Part shown: positions 28,154 through 39,155 of the stretch, in pieces
Numbering within the stretch: the first letter of the stretch is position 1
Layout: each line of letters begins with the position of its first letter
IMG/VR virus record: IMGVR_UViG_3300038673_000510
Location: 1-64,000 of that record
DNA: 64,000 bases
Source: a virus
Taxonomy: Duplodnaviria > Caudoviricetes
Strand: one strand, 5' to 3'
Notes under the pieces: generated by a model
Told to the model about the DNA's origin: nothing
What the model saw: only the letters and a program-made list of their open reading frames with translations
The model's database searches: none
Program-made: the position numbers and the translations under genes

Positions 28154-28852
28154 ATGACTATTAAAAGAATTAAAGACACTGAACCAAAAATAAAGAAAGA
28201 AAAGAAAGAGAAGATTCGCAACACAATTAATAAGTTGAATCCAGCTGAAATCGCAGAAATCGCAACAAGCTCAAGAGCATTTGAAAAATTGATTCGTGAG
28301 AATCCAGGCTTTGTTGAAAGTGCTGTATTATCTGTAATTCAGAAACAAAATCATCATCCTGAAATTAAAGACCTATTACAAATAGGTGCGATTAGTTTGT
28401 GGAAAGCTGCAACAAAGTATGATGTTGAAAAATCAGGTGGCGCGAAATTTGGTACTTATGCGTATAAAGTTATTCAAAATGGCGTAAGACAAGAACTGAA
28501 AACTAATAATAGAAAAACTATGAATAATATTTCTTTAGAAGATATGCGTTCTTATAATGAAGATGCAAGTTCAGGAGATATTAAAGAGCATAAATTTGTT
28601 GAGACAAAACAGATTAGTTATTTACGTAATTTTGAAAATACAATCTTAACAGAAATGATTATAAAAGATCAGTTCAAACACCTTAATGCTTTTGAACAAC
28701 AAATTTTTAATTTACGATTTATTGAAAACAAATCAATTGCAAAAGTAGCTGAAGAACTTAATATTGAACAAAGTACACTAAAAAAATGGTATTATGTTCA
28801 AGGCGGAAAAAAGAAACTTGAAGATGCAATGGATAAAATCAATGGAAGATAA
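28154..28852 (+). CDS. sigma70-family RNA polymerase sigma factor
   Basis: DLLQIGAISLWKAATKYD, KFGTYAY (region 2); region 4 HTH. Confidence 0.85.
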   Translation: MTIKRIKDTEPKIKKEKKEKIRNTINKLNPAEIAEIATSSRAFEKLIRENPGFVESAVLSVIQKQNHHPEIKDLLQIGAISLWKAATKYDVEKSGGAKFGTYAYKVIQNGVRQELKTNNRKTMNNISLEDMRSYNEDASSGDIKEHKFVETKQISYLRNFENTILTEMIIKDQFKHLNAFEQQIFNLRFIENKSIAKVAEELNIEQSTLKKWYYVQGGKKKLEDAMDKINGR

Positions 28853-29026
28853 ATTAAAAAATCGAGAAATAAGAATTGCTCTTATAAAAGATGAAAAATA
28901 TTTTAATGGAAGTGATATAATAAAATGGTTATATGAACTTGAATGTAATATAAAAGATAAGGATCTTAATATGGGGTTAACTATAGCAACCATTAAAGAT
29001 ATTTTAAGTGAATGGATTGAAGAGTA

Positions 29027-29653
29027 ATGGAATTTAAAACAGGAAATATTTATTTGGTTAGATATAGAGAATATAAACATGACCCGACACCCTTGATTTT
29101 AGTATTATATCCTGGACATTTTGCTGATTTTCATTCTGCAAAACCAATGGAATTGATGCATGCTATTAACTTAAACTATCTAAAATCAGCTTTGTCTGAA
29201 GGTGTTTATAAAATGATTGCCTTGATTGTTACAAAACAATTATCAGGAAGAGACACTCATGCTTTATATCATGATTACATTAAAAATAATTTACATCCTG
29301 TTATAAGACACGCTTACAGAACATATAATCCAGCTAAAATAACAAATCCAAAATTAGTTTCAAAAGGATTTAATGAGAGTCTTGGTTTTATACAAAAAAT
29401 GAAATTATCATTAACAAGATCACAAAAACAACAGCAAGTTGAACGTCTTGTTAAAACAAAAGTTGATGCGGCTAAGGCGGTTGAAAGAATATCGACATCG
29501 ATTATTTCTCATGGATTAAATAGCACGATATCACTTGAGGAAGCCGAAAAACGCGCAAGATTATATATGGCCGAAATACAAAAAGCAAAACGTCCGGAAG
29601 AAATTGATTTTACAAAATTTACAAGATTATTGGCATTAAGGAAAAAACCATGA
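29027..29653 (+). CDS. possible T4 gp2-like DNA end protector
   Basis: HDPTPLILVL, HAINLNYL, YRTY. Confidence 0.45.
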   Translation: MEFKTGNIYLVRYREYKHDPTPLILVLYPGHFADFHSAKPMELMHAINLNYLKSALSEGVYKMIALIVTKQLSGRDTHALYHDYIKNNLHPVIRHAYRTYNPAKITNPKLVSKGFNESLGFIQKMKLSLTRSQKQQQVERLVKTKVDAAKAVERISTSIISHGLNSTISLEEAEKRARLYMAEIQKAKRPEEIDFTKFTRLLALRKKP

Positions 29654-29788
29654 TAATAACAAATATAATACTTATTGTATTAATATTATATGGAATTTAT
29701 ATATTACGCTTAATGAATTCTAATATAGTAAAAATTGGAATTATTATAAAAACTATACATAATTATAATGTAAAAAAGGTTAATAAAA

Positions 29789-30088
29789 ATGACAGAAAAA
29801 GATAAGGAAGCCGATGGATTATATTTTCAAAAGCCATCTCAATCATCAGGTTCTGTACTTCATGCTGATATTAGAGAAGTAAAAGATAATATTCAAGAAC
29901 TTAGTCAACAATTAAAAAATTTTACAATACCTACAACAGTTGGTGTAACAGTAACAGTTGATCTTGGATTTGATAAAAAAATGAGTACAACAACTACACG
30001 TCAACTCGCTCCAGGTGAAACTGTTTTCGAGGGTCATGAACGACTTTATAAAGAATGTCTTGAAAGTATTGCAAAACTGGTAAACTAA
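29789..30088 (+). CDS. hypothetical protein
   Basis: ORF. Confidence 0.6.
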   Translation: MTEKDKEADGLYFQKPSQSSGSVLHADIREVKDNIQELSQQLKNFTIPTTVGVTVTVDLGFDKKMSTTTTRQLAPGETVFEGHERLYKECLESIAKLVN

Positions 30089-30366
30089 TGACAACAACAG
30101 AAAAAGAACTAACACAAAATGAAATTACTATTTTAAAAGAAATAGTCAAAAATGTAAAGCATCATTATACAAGAGCATATCAATGTATTTGCGGACATGT
30201 TTCCGATCAAGAATACGGAGTATTTAGTGCCTACGATCATAATTGTCATAGTGGCTTTGTATGTCCCAATTGCGGGGAGCACCAAAGGTGGCATGATATA
30301 AAGATTAAACATATAACATGTGATTTACGAAAAGTTATAAATATAAAAGTAATAGAGGCTGACTAA
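30088..30366 (+). CDS. Zn-ribbon hypothetical protein
   Basis: CICG...CPNCG. Confidence 0.6.
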   Translation: MTTTEKELTQNEITILKEIVKNVKHHYTRAYQCICGHVSDQEYGVFSAYDHNCHSGFVCPNCGEHQRWHDIKIKHITCDLRKVINIKVIEAD

Positions 30367-30705
30367 ATGAAGGTAAAAGTTGTTCTTGGAAAAATAGTAC
30401 AACATAATACTAATAATGGCGTGATGGAAGTACTCTTCAATGATCCCGCACAATGGTCTATTATATTTGATACTGATGCATTTATTCAACTTGATAATGA
30501 ATTTCAAGACATTACAAATAAATATTTATATGAAACAATTTCAGAACGAATATTACACGCGATGTCTTATGATTTACAAATAGCATTAAACAAATTAGCA
30601 CGAGAAGGAAAAGTCCATACAATGCAAACTTTAGGACCAGAATTAAGACAAATTTTTAATCTTGATAAAAACACTTTAAAAGTGCATGCTTCAAAATTTT
30701 TTTAA
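30367..30705 (+). CDS. hypothetical protein
   Basis: GAGG RBS. Confidence 0.6.
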   Translation: MKVKVVLGKIVQHNTNNGVMEVLFNDPAQWSIIFDTDAFIQLDNEFQDITNKYLYETISERILHAMSYDLQIALNKLAREGKVHTMQTLGPELRQIFNLDKNTLKVHASKFF

Positions 30706-30758
30706 AAACAACTTATTTGCATTTTCAGTATAATAAAATAAAAAGGAAAAAAAAAATT

Positions 30759-31163
30759 ATGAATACAGAAGTAAAAGTCAAAGAAACAAAACGACCGCGT
30801 ACAAGAAAAGGTTTTACACTTCAGGAACAGCTTAAGGGTGGAAGACGACTTTATTCTACTGTTTTCTTCGATCTTAAAGAAAGAAGAAAAGAAGTTAAAT
30901 GTACTATTGCTGTATATGGACTTCCCGGAAATGATGTAAAAGAATTCCGTGCAACAGCATATTGTCATGAACAAGATGTATTTAATGTTGATGAAGGAAT
31001 TCAAATTGCTTTTGATAAAGCAAAAGAAAGATACAGAGATTATATGGACAATCAAATAGATCTTATGGTATCTCGGATGAATCTTATTATAAGCACAGTA
31101 GAAAACATGGTGACTCGCCGCCATGATAAAATGGTGAGAAATAAAAAATATAAACTGAGATAA
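30759..31163 (+). CDS. hypothetical protein
   Basis: After class-II promoter; ATAYCHEQDVFN..GIQIA phage motif. Confidence 0.65.
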   Translation: MNTEVKVKETKRPRTRKGFTLQEQLKGGRRLYSTVFFDLKERRKEVKCTIAVYGLPGNDVKEFRATAYCHEQDVFNVDEGIQIAFDKAKERYRDYMDNQIDLMVSRMNLIISTVENMVTRRHDKMVRNKKYKLR

Positions 31164-32182
31164 TGAATCCAACCGCGGAACAAATAATAAGTTTCTTAAA
31201 CGATGAAGGTCTATCATCCACGATTAAAATTCGTCAAGATGATGGACCTTTTTTTAAAATATCCATAAATGACCCTTGGTCACCAGATAACAAATTACGT
31301 TGTAGTATTGCTTTAACACAACCGGATTGGGCAGAAGAACCAGTAGTGTTATTTAATACTTATAAAAGCGCATTATTATTTGGCGAAGAATACAAGGGTT
31401 CATTTTGGAAATTTGTTATGCTCATTAAAGGCTTTGGCAACTTAAATGAAGCACGAATATGGTTTTTAATAAACTATATGTTTCATGGCGATATTAAAAA
31501 AAATATTATGCCACAGCCTAAAATTGAACGAGTTGTTAAGAAAAAACAAAAAGTAACTTTCCCGGAACATTTTGTAAAACTGGATATAAACAAACATCAA
31601 GAATATACAAAATATTTACTTGATAGAAAACTTTCAATTTGGCGCATTAAAGACTTAGAATTGTTTGTTGATCTTAAAGAAAAAAGAATTGTATTTCCAG
31701 TTTATGAAAATGGAGAAATGATTTATTGGACAGGAAGAAGTATAATAAATAGCACATTGCGCTGGAAAAATGCTCAATGTACTTCTTGGCCACATCCAAT
31801 TTGGAATCTTGATAATATAAAATCAGAAAACAGCGTTTATATTTTTGAAGCTATTTTTGATGCATTAACTGTGTATAATGGAATTGCTATTCTTGGAGCC
31901 AGCAACATTCAAGAAGAACAAATCGAAAAGATCATTAATAAAAATTTTTCCAGAATTGTTGTTATAATGGATAATGATGTGGCTGGTGAAAAAACCAGAA
32001 TGGAATTAGCAAAAACATTATCACAATATCATAATAACGTTTGGATATATGATTTTAAGGGGATTAAACAAAAAGATTTTAATCAAATGGCACAAGAAGA
32101 AATCGATTTTGATTTTGATAATCGATTAAATAAATATGGGTTAAAGGCACAATTAGCGAAACAGCTAAAAATAATTCAATGA
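31163..32182 (+). CDS. DNA primase (TOPRIM)
   Basis: RIVFPV, YWTGR, IFEAIFDA, MDNDVAG, KDFN. Confidence 0.9.
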   Translation: MNPTAEQIISFLNDEGLSSTIKIRQDDGPFFKISINDPWSPDNKLRCSIALTQPDWAEEPVVLFNTYKSALLFGEEYKGSFWKFVMLIKGFGNLNEARIWFLINYMFHGDIKKNIMPQPKIERVVKKKQKVTFPEHFVKLDINKHQEYTKYLLDRKLSIWRIKDLELFVDLKEKRIVFPVYENGEMIYWTGRSIINSTLRWKNAQCTSWPHPIWNLDNIKSENSVYIFEAIFDALTVYNGIAILGASNIQEEQIEKIINKNFSRIVVIMDNDVAGEKTRMELAKTLSQYHNNVWIYDFKGIKQKDFNQMAQEEIDFDFDNRLNKYGLKAQLAKQLKIIQ

Positions 32183-32892
32183 TAAAAAAAATACAAATAA
32201 CACATCATAAAGTCTTTAAACATAATCTTCTTATAGTAAATCTTTTTAAAAAAAATGATTTTTCAAATACTTTTCTTCGCTTATTAGAATTTAAAAATTG
32301 GAGAACACTTGATAAGACACTATTAAATAAAGACGAATTTTTAAAATGGTACAAAGTTATTATGCAAACAGAATATGATACAATGCTGTATGGACTTTAT
32401 GTACCTAACGCTCTTATTAAAGATTTTTTAAAAACATATTATACAGATTTAACCGAAGATGAACAAGTTGTTTTTAATGAAGCAACAAAATATTTAAAAA
32501 TCAAAGTAGATAATTCACAGATAAAATTTTCAGGAAATGTTAATATTATTGTTATTAATAATAACTTAGCAAAGTTTGATAGTTATAATCCTGAACATAT
32601 TTTACTGCATGAATTATCTCATTTTATTTTTAATTATGTTAAAGACTATCGCGTGCTTGTTAGTGAAGCTTTTAATAGTCTCGAAAGAAAAACTGCAAAA
32701 AAAATTGTAAAAGAGTACATGTTTAAAAAAGGCAATAGTACAATAGAACATATTGCAGATGAATGGGCAGCGCAACTTGTAAGTGTTTATAATAATAAAA
32801 AGACAAAAAATAAAAACATAGTAGCTTTAAAAAAATATTTTAAGGATATATTGAAGATCGATGAAAATAACATATATCAACATCAGCCTTAA
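32179..32892 (+). CDS. hypothetical protein with HEXXH motif
   Basis: LLHELSH...DEWAA. Confidence 0.6.
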   Translation: MIKKIQITHHKVFKHNLLIVNLFKKNDFSNTFLRLLEFKNWRTLDKTLLNKDEFLKWYKVIMQTEYDTMLYGLYVPNALIKDFLKTYYTDLTEDEQVVFNEATKYLKIKVDNSQIKFSGNVNIIVINNNLAKFDSYNPEHILLHELSHFIFNYVKDYRVLVSEAFNSLERKTAKKIVKEYMFKKGNSTIEHIADEWAAQLVSVYNNKKTKNKNIVALKKYFKDILKIDENNIYQHQP

Positions 32893-33502
32893 ATTTTTAC
32901 TGGTTTTGTTAGCGTTTGTTATTATTGCCAATATAGGAGTAGGTTGTAAAACAATACAGAATAATCAAACATTTATTGAACCAAAAACAATTCAGCAAAT
33001 CAAACCCAAAATATCTATTACATTTGAAATTAAACAAACCATTCAAAAAGCTCTTGATATGAAAAATAGAAAATGGACAAAAGTAAATTTAAACAAAGTA
33101 TCAAGACTGTTACAAATTGGTGAAACACAATTTGATTATAATCATAAAGATATTGTTGCTCTTATGCTACTTGAAAGTGAAATGAATATTCATGCAACGG
33201 GTCGCAATGAAGATTCTATAGATTATGGATTACTTCAACATAATAGTAATTCAATTTCAGATCGCTACAAAGAAGCTGCAAAATATTTAGATGAATATCA
33301 TATATCATATAATATACACAATAAATATGATATAGCTTTAAATATTATTTCATGTTTTCTATATCTTGATATGATACGTAAAAATTATCCAGATGATTAT
33401 GATAAAATGATACGAGGATATAACGCTGGCATTAGAGGAGCTTCTTTAGGAAGAGGAAAGATGTATTATAATAATTTTATTGCTTATAGGGAGAAATTAT
33501 AA
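32861..33502 (+). CDS. membrane-anchored lytic transglycosylase (SLT)
   Basis: LESEMN, DYGLLQ, GYNAG; N-terminal TM. Confidence 0.8.
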   Translation: MKITYINISLKFLLVLLAFVIIANIGVGCKTIQNNQTFIEPKTIQQIKPKISITFEIKQTIQKALDMKNRKWTKVNLNKVSRLLQIGETQFDYNHKDIVALMLLESEMNIHATGRNEDSIDYGLLQHNSNSISDRYKEAAKYLDEYHISYNIHNKYDIALNIISCFLYLDMIRKNYPDDYDKMIRGYNAGIRGASLGRGKMYYNNFIAYREKL

Positions 33503-33834
33503 TGGACGCAAGAATATCAGATATGCTGCAAGAATTATTTCATGAATTAGAAGACAGACATCGTAGTTTTGAAGTTGCTTATAGAGATTATACTAACACA
33601 ACAAATGTGGAAGATAAAACAGATTGTGTTGAAGAAATGATGGATATTTATGATGGAATGGAACCACGCTTTAATATGATAACAACTTATGTAGATAGAA
33701 TAAAATCTGATATGATTCATCCATCCGCCACATTATTGGAAAAAGAAAAGTATCAACGGTATCTTGAATCATATCAGAATTTAAAAATTACTATGGAGCA
33801 ACTTAATGGTACAATAAGAGAGCTACTACATTAA
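33502..33834 (+). CDS. hypothetical protein
   Basis: GGAG RBS. Confidence 0.65.
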   Translation: MDARISDMLQELFHELEDRHRSFEVAYRDYTNTTNVEDKTDCVEEMMDIYDGMEPRFNMITTYVDRIKSDMIHPSATLLEKEKYQRYLESYQNLKITMEQLNGTIRELLH

Positions 33835-33835
33835 A

Positions 33836-34102
33836 TTATTGTCTCGAAAGATTATCTACCAATAGTGATACAGCCAATTGTATTCCAGCGCTTCTTATAT
33901 CATAACCATCTTTTTCCAACACAGCAAGTACATCATCTTGTACTTTTTTTAATGCTGCTTTTTGTTTTGGTTTAAATGGTGATGACTCTGTTTCATAATT
34001 ATTTAATGTTTTTAGTGCATCAATTGCTTTATCTCTTGCGTCTGATGGTAGTGGTTTAAGATCCTCATCATTTGGCATATTATCAATATCTTTTTCTGTC
34101 AT
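33836..34102 (-). CDS. hypothetical protein
   Basis: AGGAG RBS on minus strand. Confidence 0.7.
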   Translation of the reverse strand: MTEKDIDNMPNDEDLKPLPSDARDKAIDALKTLNNYETESSPFKPKQKAALKKVQDDVLAVLEKDGYDIRSAGIQLAVSLLVDNLSRQ

Positions 34103-34204
34103 AAAAATTCTCCTTGTTTTATTTATTATATCCTCGGAGATTTTATTTTTAACTTATTTGCATTTTTAATATAATAAATAAAAAAGAATATAAAGGAATA
34201 TATA

Positions 34205-35539
34205 ATGAATACTGAAACTTTTCCATTTGTAGATGCTATTGAAGCAGAGTTGTTACCTGCGCTTATAAATAATCGTACTATGTGGGTTGATTTAAAAGAT
34301 CATATACTTCAACAATATTGGACCAAAAAAGAGCGCGCAATTATATATAAGCTCTTTAATGTGTTCTTTGAAAGATATAAGAATTTTCCAACAAGAGCAC
34401 AAGCACTTGATATTGCAACACGCAAAAATTATGGCGACAAAGTACTTTCTGAAATTGAATTAGTTTATAATAAAGTTACTGGAGATACACTTCCAGAAGT
34501 GCAACAATATGTATATGATGAAGCGCTTAACTTTATTAGAAACAATAAAATTAAAACAGCTCTTCTTGAATCAGTTGATCTTCTTGAAAAAAGAGATTTT
34601 CTTAATATTGAAAGTAAAATGAAAGATGCTGTTAACTGGAATCCGGATATCAAGCTTGGAACAGATATTCAAGATGTTGAAACTCGTTTCGCCGCATTAG
34701 AGAATCTTTCTAATAACATTATTCCTTCTCCTTGGAAAGTACTTAATATGCTTATTGGTGGAGGATTCTATGGAAAAGAATTAGCTTTATTCGCTGGAAC
34801 AAGTTCTGTAGGAAAATCAATTGCACTTGATAATATTGCATATCACGCTTGGGATCAAGGCTATAATGTTGTTATGATTACATTGGAACTTAGCGAAGTA
34901 AGAAAAGCACAAAGAATTGATTCATCTGCTGTGCGTATTCCATTGAACGAAGTTAAAGCAAGAAAAGATGATGTTATTAAATTTTTTGAAAATAAACGTA
35001 AGAACAATAAACTTTATATAAAAGAATTTCCAACAAGCAGTGTAAGTGCTAAAAATATTCTTAATTATTTATATCAGCTTGAATTATATAATGGACTTAA
35101 AATGAGAGGAGGTGGCAAACACGGACTCAATCTTCTTATTGTAGATTATCTTGAACTGATGCTACCAAATCAGAAAAAAGCCAACGAATATGAATCACAG
35201 GGAGCGGTTGGAGCAGAACTTCGTGGAATAGGACAAGAACTTGATATTCCAGTTGTTAGTGCATGTCTTGATCCTAATACAGAAGTAATTACTTTTAAGG
35301 GAAAAATAAAATTGTCTGAATTAAAAGTTGGTGATTTTATACGTTCAAAATCACAATATAATTTTGTACAGAAAATTCAAATTAATAAAAATACAAAAAA
35401 ATATAAAATTAAAACAAAATCAGGCAAAGAAATTATTTGTAGCGCTAATCATTTATTCCCTGTAGTAAATAAAAACGAAGAATTGTCTATAAATACAGGT
35501 TTAAAAATTGGTCAACAATTATATATCAAAGAGGTGTGA
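34205..35539 (+). CDS. replicative helicase (gp41/DnaB-like) N-part fused to split intein N-half (35264-35536)
   Basis: GTSSVGKS, TLELSE, IVDYLEL, IPVVSA|CLDPNTEV...CSANHLFP. Confidence 0.93.
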   Translation: MNTETFPFVDAIEAELLPALINNRTMWVDLKDHILQQYWTKKERAIIYKLFNVFFERYKNFPTRAQALDIATRKNYGDKVLSEIELVYNKVTGDTLPEVQQYVYDEALNFIRNNKIKTALLESVDLLEKRDFLNIESKMKDAVNWNPDIKLGTDIQDVETRFAALENLSNNIIPSPWKVLNMLIGGGFYGKELALFAGTSSVGKSIALDNIAYHAWDQGYNVVMITLELSEVRKAQRIDSSAVRIPLNEVKARKDDVIKFFENKRKNNKLYIKEFPTSSVSAKNILNYLYQLELYNGLKMRGGGKHGLNLLIVDYLELMLPNQKKANEYESQGAVGAELRGIGQELDIPVVSACLDPNTEVITFKGKIKLSELKVGDFIRSKSQYNFVQKIQINKNTKKYKIKTKSGKEIICSANHLFPVVNKNEELSINTGLKIGQQLYIKEV

Positions 35540-36090
35540 TAGTGAATCCTAAAGTGTATATTTGTATTGGTATGATAGGAAGTGGCAAAAGCACGTTTGC
35601 TAATAAAATGGCAATCACGTCACCAACACTTGTTGTTTCAAAAGATAAAATTCGAGAAATGTTACTCGGACAATATCGTTATGAAGAGACAGTAGAACAG
35701 TTGATAAATAAAATCACTGATGATACAATTGCAAATTGTGCGTCAGAAATTATACTTGGAATTGCTCCATATCAATCAATTATAATCGACGAATGTAATT
35801 TGACCAGAAAAGATAGAAATGCTTATATTGATTTAATTATGCGTGTAGAAGATACATTTGATAAAGAAAACTTTTTTGAAATTGAATATGTTTATTTTCC
35901 TGATTTTGATGGAGATGGTTTAACACGACGCATGAATGAACATCGTGGACTTGGCGAAGATCATTGGGAAAATGTTTGGAATTGGCAACTTAGAAAAATT
36001 GAAGCGCCTACTCACAAAGAAATGTCAGAAAACAATGTCATTAATATGATAACTATTAATTCTTTTAAAGCGAATAATTATCTTAAATAG
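35536..36090 (+). CDS. AAA_33 P-loop kinase
   Basis: GMIGSGKST, SKDKIR, IIDECN. Confidence 0.8.
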   Translation: MIVNPKVYICIGMIGSGKSTFANKMAITSPTLVVSKDKIREMLLGQYRYEETVEQLINKITDDTIANCASEIILGIAPYQSIIIDECNLTRKDRNAYIDLIMRVEDTFDKENFFEIEYVYFPDFDGDGLTRRMNEHRGLGEDHWENVWNWQLRKIEAPTHKEMSENNVINMITINSFKANNYLK

Positions 36091-36458
36091 GTTGACAAAA
36101 ATAAGGATTAATACTATAATAATAGTATAAGGAGAATAAACAATGAATGAAATAAATACTTGGAAAGATTTTTGAGTTTTTATATTTTCCTTTAAAGGAA
36201 AAGTTTTTAAAATAAAAATTGATAACATTCTTGATGGATCTTTTAATCTTATTGTCGCGCCCTTTATATTTATTTTTAATATTTTACTTTTAATAAAAGA
36301 GATAGTGGTTTTTCCAAAACAAATTATTTGTTGTGTTTATATCTTTTATAAAGAAAAACTTATAAGGGTTGACAAGATTTAAAATTAATGTTATAATAAT
36401 AGTATAAGCAAACAACAAAAGAAACTAAAAAAAACTAAAAACTACAGAGGACAAAATA

Positions 36459-36911
36459 ATGGCTAAAGCAAAAATTGACACTACTGGTTTTCTTGAAGCT
36501 CGTATTCCCGAAGGTTACAAAACTACTACTGCCGCTGCACGTGCTCTTGAGCGTTCACAGGAAAGGGCTCGCCTTTCCAAAGAAAAGCTTGCAAAGCTCG
36601 AAGCAAAAGAACTAAAAGCAAAAGAGCGTGAAGAAGCTGCTGCTAAGGTTCGTGCCGAAAAGCTTGAAAAGGCAAAAGAACGTGCTGCTATCTCCGAAGC
36701 TCGTGCCGCTGAAAAGGCTGAAAAGCTTGAAGCAAAGAAAGCTGAAAAGCTTGAAAAGGCAGCTGAAACACTTGAAGCCCTTGAACTTAAGCTTGCTAAG
36801 CAGATTGAAGCAGTTACCAAAACTCAGACTGCAATCGCTGAACTGAAGGCTATGGTTGAAGCTGCAAAGGCCGCCGAAGTTTCTGAACTTGCTGAAGTAG
36901 CAGAAGCTTGA
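36459..36911 (+). CDS. Ala/Glu/Lys-rich helical early protein
   Basis: Own early promoter, GAGG RBS, terminator-like hairpin, strong codon bias. Confidence 0.8.
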   Translation: MAKAKIDTTGFLEARIPEGYKTTTAAARALERSQERARLSKEKLAKLEAKELKAKEREEAAAKVRAEKLEKAKERAAISEARAAEKAEKLEAKKAEKLEKAAETLEALELKLAKQIEAVTKTQTAIAELKAMVEAAKAAEVSELAEVAEA

Positions 36912-36984
36912 TCTAAAAACAATATAGAACGATAAATATGGGAAGATATAATCTTCCCATAATTTTATAATAGAGGTTACAAAT

Positions 36985-37200
36985 ATGGACGAAAAAATGA
37001 TTGCAGTTGAATCAAGTGTAATTAAACGTATTGGCTACGATGAAGAAACTCAGATTCTTGCTGTTGAATTTAAAAATAACAAGACATATTGTTATGCCGA
37101 TGTTCCTAAAGATATGTTTGACGCGTTTGTCAACGCTGGATCCATTGGTATGTTTTTCTCTGAAAACATCAAAGATGAATATGATGTTATTCCAGCTTAA
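36985..37200 (+). CDS. KTSC domain protein
   Basis: VESSVIKRIGYD..LAVEF..Y.Y.DVP..AGSIG.FF. Confidence 0.9.
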   Translation: MDEKMIAVESSVIKRIGYDEETQILAVEFKNNKTYCYADVPKDMFDAFVNAGSIGMFFSENIKDEYDVIPA

Positions 37201-37300
37201 TTACCAATAGTCCTCTAAAATTTTTTAGTTTTTGAAAACTCCCACAATAAAATGTGGGAGTTTTCTTGTATTTAGACAATATAATATAAATAGAGGACTT

Positions 37301-37759
37301 ATGAAAAAATATATAATTTTATTTGTTATTGCTTTTGGTCTTGGATGGATTCTTTCATATAAATTTAGAACCCCAACAGAAGTTGTGATTACTAAAGATA
37401 AAATTGTTGCCAATACAATAAACAAAAATATTGGTAATATGACAGACGAAGAAAAAGTTAAAGATTTACAATGCTTTTATACTGCTACACCAGGACTTGA
37501 TATCAGACATATTCAAGACGATGAATATGATTTGACGGCTTATTTATGTGAAAGAGAATGGAGTAGAAAAGTAAAGATTGAAACTATCGCAAAACAATAT
37601 CGCAATCTTATTATATTAAATACTTTTTTTGATTCAAATTTTAAAATTGGACTAAATACTCAATATTACAAAATGTTCGGGCGTTTTGGTGTGGGTGGAG
37701 GTGTTTCATTTACACAAGGATATGCTGCAATTCAAGCTGGAGTATTAATGCAGTGGTAA
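37301..37759 (+). CDS. hypothetical membrane protein
   Basis: GAGGA RBS; N-terminal TM. Confidence 0.65.
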   Translation: MKKYIILFVIAFGLGWILSYKFRTPTEVVITKDKIVANTINKNIGNMTDEEKVKDLQCFYTATPGLDIRHIQDDEYDLTAYLCEREWSRKVKIETIAKQYRNLIILNTFFDSNFKIGLNTQYYKMFGRFGVGGGVSFTQGYAAIQAGVLMQW

Positions 37760-37780
37760 AAAATAACAAAGGAAAACACA

Positions 37781-38449
37781 ATGAGAATTATTTCTAAATA
37801 TCGTGATTATTATGATACTATAATGTCTTTTGGAATTGATAATGAATGTGTTTATTTACGTAATCCAGAACCAATTTCGTTAAATAAAAATAACGATCCA
37901 TTTTCTTCGTATATACATCATAGAGATAAAAAAGATCACACTAAGGGTGATTTGTATGATATTGGTGTTTATACAAATTATAGTCAAAACCGTAAAGAAG
38001 AAACATTGATAATTGGCTTTTGTGGAAAAATATATCCTTGTTTTATTGACACTACTGCTCATTATGAACCAACCGAAGAACAAATTTATGATGCAAAAAA
38101 TAATCGTTGGGGTCTCAATCGTAATTATGTAGATTTTTTCAATAAAAATTGGGATGATTTTAATAAAATATTTACAGATTATATGGTTCCAATTTTTACT
38201 ATTCGTGGGCCTAATGGTTCAGATGGCTGGAAAACTCTAACATTAAACGATGATCTTAAACAATTTAATTTTGTTACACAGAAAGATCCTTATACTGCTT
38301 TTCAAGATATATATCAGTATCTTTCTGGTGTGCTTGGTATTAACAATAAGCCAATGATAAAAATATCAGATAAAGATATGGCCATTAAAAAAGGATTTTC
38401 ACATAAATATGCTTTTCGCAAAGAACCTACTAAGAGGAAAATTTCATGA
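37781..38449 (+). CDS. conserved phage hypothetical protein
   Basis: MRIISKYRDYYD, IGFCGKIYP, DPYTAFQ. Confidence 0.7.
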   Translation: MRIISKYRDYYDTIMSFGIDNECVYLRNPEPISLNKNNDPFSSYIHHRDKKDHTKGDLYDIGVYTNYSQNRKEETLIIGFCGKIYPCFIDTTAHYEPTEEQIYDAKNNRWGLNRNYVDFFNKNWDDFNKIFTDYMVPIFTIRGPNGSDGWKTLTLNDDLKQFNFVTQKDPYTAFQDIYQYLSGVLGINNKPMIKISDKDMAIKKGFSHKYAFRKEPTKRKIS

Positions 38450-39120
38450 ATTTAAAAGAATATATTGTTGAGTGGCTGACTGCTTCAGAGCGACAACGTG
38501 CTGCACAAAATGGACAAACAAATCTTAAACAAGATATTAAATTGGATGATGTACGTATTCCACCATCGCGTCGAGGTTATAATTTTCCCGAATGGTTAAG
38601 AAATTATAAATGGCCTATTGAAGGAGAATTCAAAGACAGTCAAACTATATATACTAAAAAAGTATTAAAACAAATAAACGCAAAAGACAATATAAGAACT
38701 AACTCAATTATTAGTAAGGGTAGTAGAATTGTTATATTTCCGGATGGAACCTTTTTAAGTGGCGATCCATCACGATTAATACACGTGGATTTAATTATTT
38801 ATGCAATGTATAAAGGCAAAATTTCTTTAGATGAAAATCAGTATAATACATTTTTTAAAAATCCTAAATCATTAAATAATTTTTTAATGATAATGGGGAG
38901 TCCATATTATAATGAATATTATGGATTAAGTGAAAGTTATAGTATTAATTCGTTTTATAAAAAAATTAACACAGCTGAAACACAAGCACAAATAGCAAAA
39001 TATGCTAAAATGGCATACCAATATGGATTGAAGATACTTCCATTACATTATAGAAAAATACAGCAAATGAATGAAGAACAGTTAGAAAGAGCATACAAGA
39101 AATTTGCGTTTTGGGTATAA
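38446..39120 (+). CDS. hypothetical protein, possible internal head protein
   Basis: MNLKEYIVE N-terminus. Confidence 0.65.
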   Translation: MNLKEYIVEWLTASERQRAAQNGQTNLKQDIKLDDVRIPPSRRGYNFPEWLRNYKWPIEGEFKDSQTIYTKKVLKQINAKDNIRTNSIISKGSRIVIFPDGTFLSGDPSRLIHVDLIIYAMYKGKISLDENQYNTFFKNPKSLNNFLMIMGSPYYNEYYGLSESYSINSFYKKINTAETQAQIAKYAKMAYQYGLKILPLHYRKIQQMNEEQLERAYKKFAFWV

Positions 39121-39155
39121 TAAATAAAAAAGGATAAAATATAAAATATAAAATT

